From: Lama guanicoe
Lineage: Eukaryota
Assembly (NCBI GenBank): GCA_013239625.1
Contig: MU056905.1
Span: forward strand, 18,355,481 to 18,419,480
Length of the DNA: 64,000 nt
Direction: 5' to 3'
The notes under the pieces were generated by a model. That model was not told where the DNA came from, ran no database searches, and saw only the letters and a program-made list of their open reading frames with translations. Shown here in pieces: positions 58,768 through 64,000 of the stretch. Within the stretch, counting starts at the first letter, position 1. Each line of letters starts with the position of its first letter. Position numbers and translations under genes: made by a program.

Positions 58768-61700
58768 CTGTATTGACCCACGGAGAGAAGAACCGCGAGG
58801 TTACACAGGGCCCTCCCAATAGAGCCTTAGGATTTGGCCAAGGCCAACCCAGTCTGCAGTGCCATTATCTCCTTCCCTTGCAGCAGCAGAGGCCACTGCA
58901 GCCTGGTGTGGCTCAGGAAGCCCCAGAAGGTCCTCCTGTCCCAAGTCCTCCCTCTGCCCATCTGTGTGGCATGCCTACTGCTGGAGAACCACTTGGCCTG
59001 GCAGCCTGGGATCTGCTCTGCCATGGGGAGAGGAGTAGCATGTTAACCATCAACCCCTTCATGCTTACTGTGGTCTGGGATACTGCTTTTCTAAAAGCCC
59101 AGAGCACTAGTACTTCTCTTCGGGACTGCTGGTGCCTCGGGAGCCCCTGGGTATTCCAAAAGGAAGAGAATAATACGTGAGCTGCTGGCAAGAGGAATAT
59201 GTCCAGAAGGGAAAGGAGTAGGTGCCACAAACAGAAGTCTCCTGATTCGATCTTGTGTGCCAAAAACTGGATAAAGTGCTAGGGCCCATTTGTATCCAAA
59301 TTTCACCATCTTCCCAAAGAGCCCTTGGTGGAGCCTTGGCTGGTTGGTGTCATTATGGGATGTTAGATGGGCAGGAAGCTACGAGGGCACTTCAACCCCA
59401 ACCACTAGCAGAGCACAAATCTAGTAGGCACTCAAAATGGATTTACTGTTATTAGTATGAGGATAGTAGGACCTGCACCTATACCTTCTAGTGTCTGAGT
59501 TGGAGGTGAGGGAAAGAGCAGGGTGGGGGTGGAGGGATGAGACCAAATAAGGGAAGTAGAAGATGGTCATCTGGTGTGTATAATAACATTAACAATATCT
59601 AGACTTCAGCTAACATTGAGGAGCGGCTCATCTTAAAGTTAGGGAAAAGTAACTGAATCTGTGTGAATTCTTACAGGTGCGACTTGGTTCCTGGACTACA
59701 TTATTTTCCTTTCCTTCACAGATGGGCACTCTTGAACCCCCATGTACAACACTGCCCACATCCCTGGTCCCCCAGATCAATCCTGATCCAACACAAGAGG
59801 TAATTTAGCACCCCAGTCTGACACTTTGGAGGTGGTATTATTATCGGCATTAGCTTTAAGTATTGGTGCTACTATATGCCAGGAACTCAGCATAGGTTCT
59901 CTCATTTAATTAATACTCATAATACTACTACAGCTGAGGATCATTACTCCCATTTTGCAGAGACATTAACTTATTTGCCTAAAGCCAAACAGCAAGTCAG
60001 GGAATGGATGAATAGAGCACATGTTTTCCTGTCTTTCCACCAATTAGTCTCATGGCTCGTTTGTTCTTCACATGGTAACTGGGCATCTACCCAATTCCTG
60101 AGACCTATGTCTCTCCCTGGACTGCCACCCACTTCCCAGTTTTCTGCCCCTGCCCTGGGGACCTGTAATTATCCTTCAAGCACTATCACTACTAGGCCCA
60201 AGATATCAGTGCACTGCCCTAAGCATTTGAGGCACCCTTGTCTGAGTTATTGAGTGTCACCCAGCCAGGATCCCCACTGTGACTCTACTTACCTACCATG
60301 GCTCTTATTTTGTCACTGGGACACCTGGTGGCTGACTGTTAACCAGGCTTGGGCCTGGAGATGGCCCTATCTCTTAGACAAGGTGCTTGCCCTCCAGACA
60401 ACCCTCTGCTGCCCCAAATCCTAGTCTGTCCCTGGGCACTGGCCTTTGTCCAGGTCCGGGATCTCCCTGCCTGCCGTTCTAACTCTGAGTAAGAAGCACT
60501 GCCCAGTTGATTCCTATTACTTGGAATTCTGAATTAATCTGCCTTTCTAAGGTCTCCTTGCATGCAGCCATACCCTTCTTTTTTATATGAGCTGTCAATT
60601 CCTAGCAGAAATTCTGGAAAAGATCAGCAGTTACATATATGAAAACAAATCTGTAGAAAATCACTCTCATTAGCAGCCATCTGTCTGTTCCAAGTCTGTT
60701 CAAGTGGCACAGGGAGCCCTGATCAGTCCTCCGTCTTCAGAGCAGCCCTTGTACAGGACGTATTATCCAGTTTTGACTTCCCTTTCAAATCTACATTTTA
60801 GACCATTTAATGTCCAATGGACTGGTTCCGTGGAGTGAGAAGAAAAAGGAAGAACAGTATAAAGCTCTTGAGCCGATAACTGGAAGTCAGATGTGAAATG
60901 GACACAGTGTTTATGTCAGGAGGTAGAGCCAACAGGATCTCCTGATAAACTAAGATATAAAGCAGGAAGGAAAAAGAAAAATCAAGGTTTGTGGCTAAGC
61001 AATTGGGTGTATGGTAGTGGCAATCTGAGAATTGCGGAAAAATAGATTTAGGGTGGAAAATTAGAGCCCTGATTTGGTCATGTTAAGTTAGACGGCAAGT
61101 CAATTGAATCTGGAGGTTGCAACTAAATATATAAATATGAGAGTTATTAGCTTTCACAAAATAGAGATGATGTCTACTTATTACTAGGCTGAAATAAGAT
61201 AACTTATGTAAAATTTAAATGCCTGGCATCATGTAGGCATTTAAAAATGGAAACATAATTAGACAGAAGGGAGAGGTTCTCCTTACTCCTTGCAAGCATA
61301 AACGGTGAAAGAATCAGAGGTAAATGATTTTAAATGATTATTTAAAGCAAGTTTCCTAAATTATCTGTTTCAGTACCCTGAACTCTCAGCCCTTTTTCTC
61401 TCAGCTCAACGAAATGTCCAGAGATGATTTCCTTAAGAATACCTAAGTAGGTTTTCTATTTCTTTTCCACATCCATGTTTAATTCATTCTTAATATATTG
61501 GTACTTCGTGGAAATAGCTCTGATTACAAATAATGAACAAGCAAACAAATAAGGTAATTTAAGATTGTGATACTAGCATACATTTGTGACTTCAACAGAT
61601 ATTAAAGATCTTGAAGACCTGAAACAAACTATATCATCAAGGTGTACCAGAGTCATCCATCATCTATTGACCATTAATTTTTCTCAGCTGTTGAAAAAAG

Positions 61701-62399
61701 TTATGCTCATCAGAGGTACAACATTCCTCTTCATTCTCTTGTGTGTGGGTAGAATGAACTACATCTTGATCAACCATCTTAAAAAGAGCCACCAAATACC
61801 CTTGCCAGGAGGCGGAAAAAAGTACTGGACTAACGGTGCCAGGTGACAAAGATCTAGTCATGATTCTGGCCCTAACCAACTGTGTGACCTCTTTTAACGC
61901 TCTGGTTGACATATCTGATAAAAGCAAGCATTTGTATGACCTTTCACCAGGCATTGTTTCATCTCCTTCTTCCAGTAATCCTGTGAGTTGAATCTGCAGG
62001 GATGATATTTTTATCTTCATTTCTAGGATGAGGAATTGAGGTAGAGCCAGGTCTTGAACCCAAGTCTGAGGCTCCAAGTCTGGCATTTTTCCCAGTGAAA
62101 AGTCTGGACCTCTCACCCTATATTCTGCACCATCATTGCTGCTGCACATGCCTTTTCTTTCCCCCACAAGGCTGTGTCTTATCACTCCATTCCTGGGATC
62201 TACATCAGCATATGGCACCATCAGACGCCCAATTAAATGTTGAAACTAATGAATGGAATTCAGTGAAATGGGATGAATAAAGCTACATATGTACATAGGA
62301 GGATTGTCACTAGTTTTGTTGCTAGTACGTATGGCAGAGAGGGACAGCTATCCACTAGAGCTCCTCTTCTATAGTAGTATAAGTTGCCTGCCACCTAGT

Positions 62400-62730
62400 G
62401 AGGGGCCAACCTGCCCAGCTCCCCTTCCATCAAAGTGGGGCTATGAGACCAGCATAAACAATGCAAAAACAATGCATCTCATTTCTGGGCTGATTAAGAA
62501 GAGAGGATGTTTTGCCTGTAATACTTTTCCCCATCCATCAGCTGAACAAAGAGAACTCCAAGGCTTTAAAGCAGGGTGCGGCCACAAGGTGGAAGAAGCC
62601 TGGGTCCCTGAGTTTGTCCCAGCAACCAGCCTTCCAGCTGAGGGTGTCCACAGTGAACTGTGTGTTTTGTCTTACTGTATTAAGATGTGGGTGTTATTTG
62701 TTACACAGGCCAGTGTTGTCTTAACCAATC
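62400..62730 (+). mobile_element. Old MLT1-type LTR
   Basis: gccacaaggtggaagaagcctgggtccctga...gggtgttatttgttaca...cttaaccaat. Confidence 0.6.
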
Positions 62731-63229
62731 ATGAGTCATGATTTGTCAAGATCTCAGTGGTCTCTGAATATGTAAGATGTAGCCAAACTAAAATATGAGA
62801 GAAAGCAGTGAGTTTTCTTTTTTAAACAAAAACCCACTTAAATAGTTGCTCAAGGAATTTGAAAGATTTAAAAATCCAGTCGATGAAAGCAAGAACAGGA
62901 AGAATATTACTTCTCTACCAACCCAGTGCCATCTCTTCTGGAGCTGTGTCTATGAACTGAGTGACAGCTCACATAAGGTGGTACCACTACTACATGGGGT
63001 TCCTGCCGTGGGACAGTAAATGAGCAGCACAAGAATGGGCCAGTGCTCAACAAGCGTTCACTGCCTTACCTCGTTCTCCATCCTTCCATCTCCAACAGCA
63101 CACAGGCCCGGAAACACACACAAAGGGAACCTCTGGTATCTCTTCCACTAATAGCTACTCATTTTTACAGCCCCTTTAGAGCTTGCCTTATCTTCCCTCA
63201 AATTAAATGTCTATACCTGATCCCAGGGT

Positions 63230-63260
63230 GTTTTGGTTTTGGTTTTGGTTTTGGTTTTTT
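63230..63260. repeat. (TTTTGG)n microsatellite
   Basis: gttttggttttggttttggttttggttttt. Confidence 0.9.
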
Positions 63261-63939
63261 AGCCTGAAAGGCATTTTCTTTAAACAGGAAGGCTTCAGGT
63301 TTATGGGGTGAAATGTGTGGTTTCCTGCCAACCCTTTGGAAGGCTCTTTTGGATGGCATTTAGGGCAAGAAGATTTTTTCTCTTTGATTATGTAACCCAT
63401 GCTTCAATCCTTTCTTATTTTTCCTCTCCATTCTTTAAGTGTAATATTTTAAAATAAAAATGAAATGGAATTTTTACATTGTCTACATTCAAGATGGCCC
63501 TACTGGCAGTGTTTTATGGACATGTGGACCAGACCTTGAGAATGGAGGGAGACCAGCTCCAAAAGCACTGAAGTGGTGGGCCTCAGGAAAAGGTTAAATC
63601 CAAAACATAGGCAAGCTTTCCTTTAGTTTTTCTGAGTCTATAATTTTGGGTTTAATGATACCTTGGCAAAACTGTGCTCCTAGGAGGCCAATGGGGCTGG
63701 ATGCAGTTCACTTGTAAGATCAAGGGAAAGGCCACACCAATCGCTGTTCACACAAAGAATCTGTAAAATGGGGATAACAAGAGTACCTGCTTCCCAGGAT
63801 AACTGTGAGGATTAAGTGAGCTAATGCACATCAAGTGCTTCCAGAGGTCTGGCAACTAGTAGGAGCTCGTGAAATAGGAGCCATTGTTCTTATAAAATTT
63901 TAATGCAGAGTATTCACAGCTCAACATTTGTTGACCTAC

Positions 63940-64000
63940 CTCATCAAAGTTGGCTCTTATTACAGTGTCCAGTATCCTCTGACAGTGTGTTCTGTACATC
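63940..64000 (-). CDS. RFX4: RFX4 coding exon 7, partial (runs off the window edge)
   Basis: Minus strand translates to [20 protein letters not shown], matching RFX4 just after the DNA-binding domain. Donor GAG|gtaggt (ac at 63938-63939 on +), phase 0. Confidence 0.95.

Noticed and set aside
1-64000. Most of the ORFs in the six-frame track (e.g. 12775-13305, 52937-53452, 61664-62221, 38899-39336)
   Set aside because: They are short, lie in L2/MIR/LTR remnants or span N runs, often start at non-ATG codons, and show no recognisable domains. Only those overlapping RFX4 exons or L1 ORF2 reflect real coding sequence.

Overview
Mammalian genomic DNA, probably camelid (inferred from a vic-1-like tRNA-Ala SINE), covering the 3' two-thirds of the transcription factor gene RFX4 on the minus strand. 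Twelve coding exons can be threaded. Every visible splice junction is GT-AG and the phases are continuous, from a partial exon 7 at the right edge (63940-64000) to the TGA stop at 5741-5743. Exon numbering follows the 18-exon human long isoform as recalled. The start of the last exon is hidden in an N gap. The 3' UTR and downstream intergenic DNA occupy about 1-5740. Introns hold ancient MIR, L2, L1M, MLT1 and hAT MER elements plus young L1 and SINE insertions. Nearly all ORFs in the supplied track are spurious. I see no prokaryote-type system and cannot support a new protein-coding system. The most unusual structures are: an L1 flanked by a ~110-bp direct duplication; a ~75-bp dispersed duplication in the RFX4 3' region carrying a miR-19 8mer; near-identical inverted young L1 tails flanking exons; a frameshifting tandem splice donor; a NAGNAG acceptor; and a possible intronic alternative C-terminus after exon 15.
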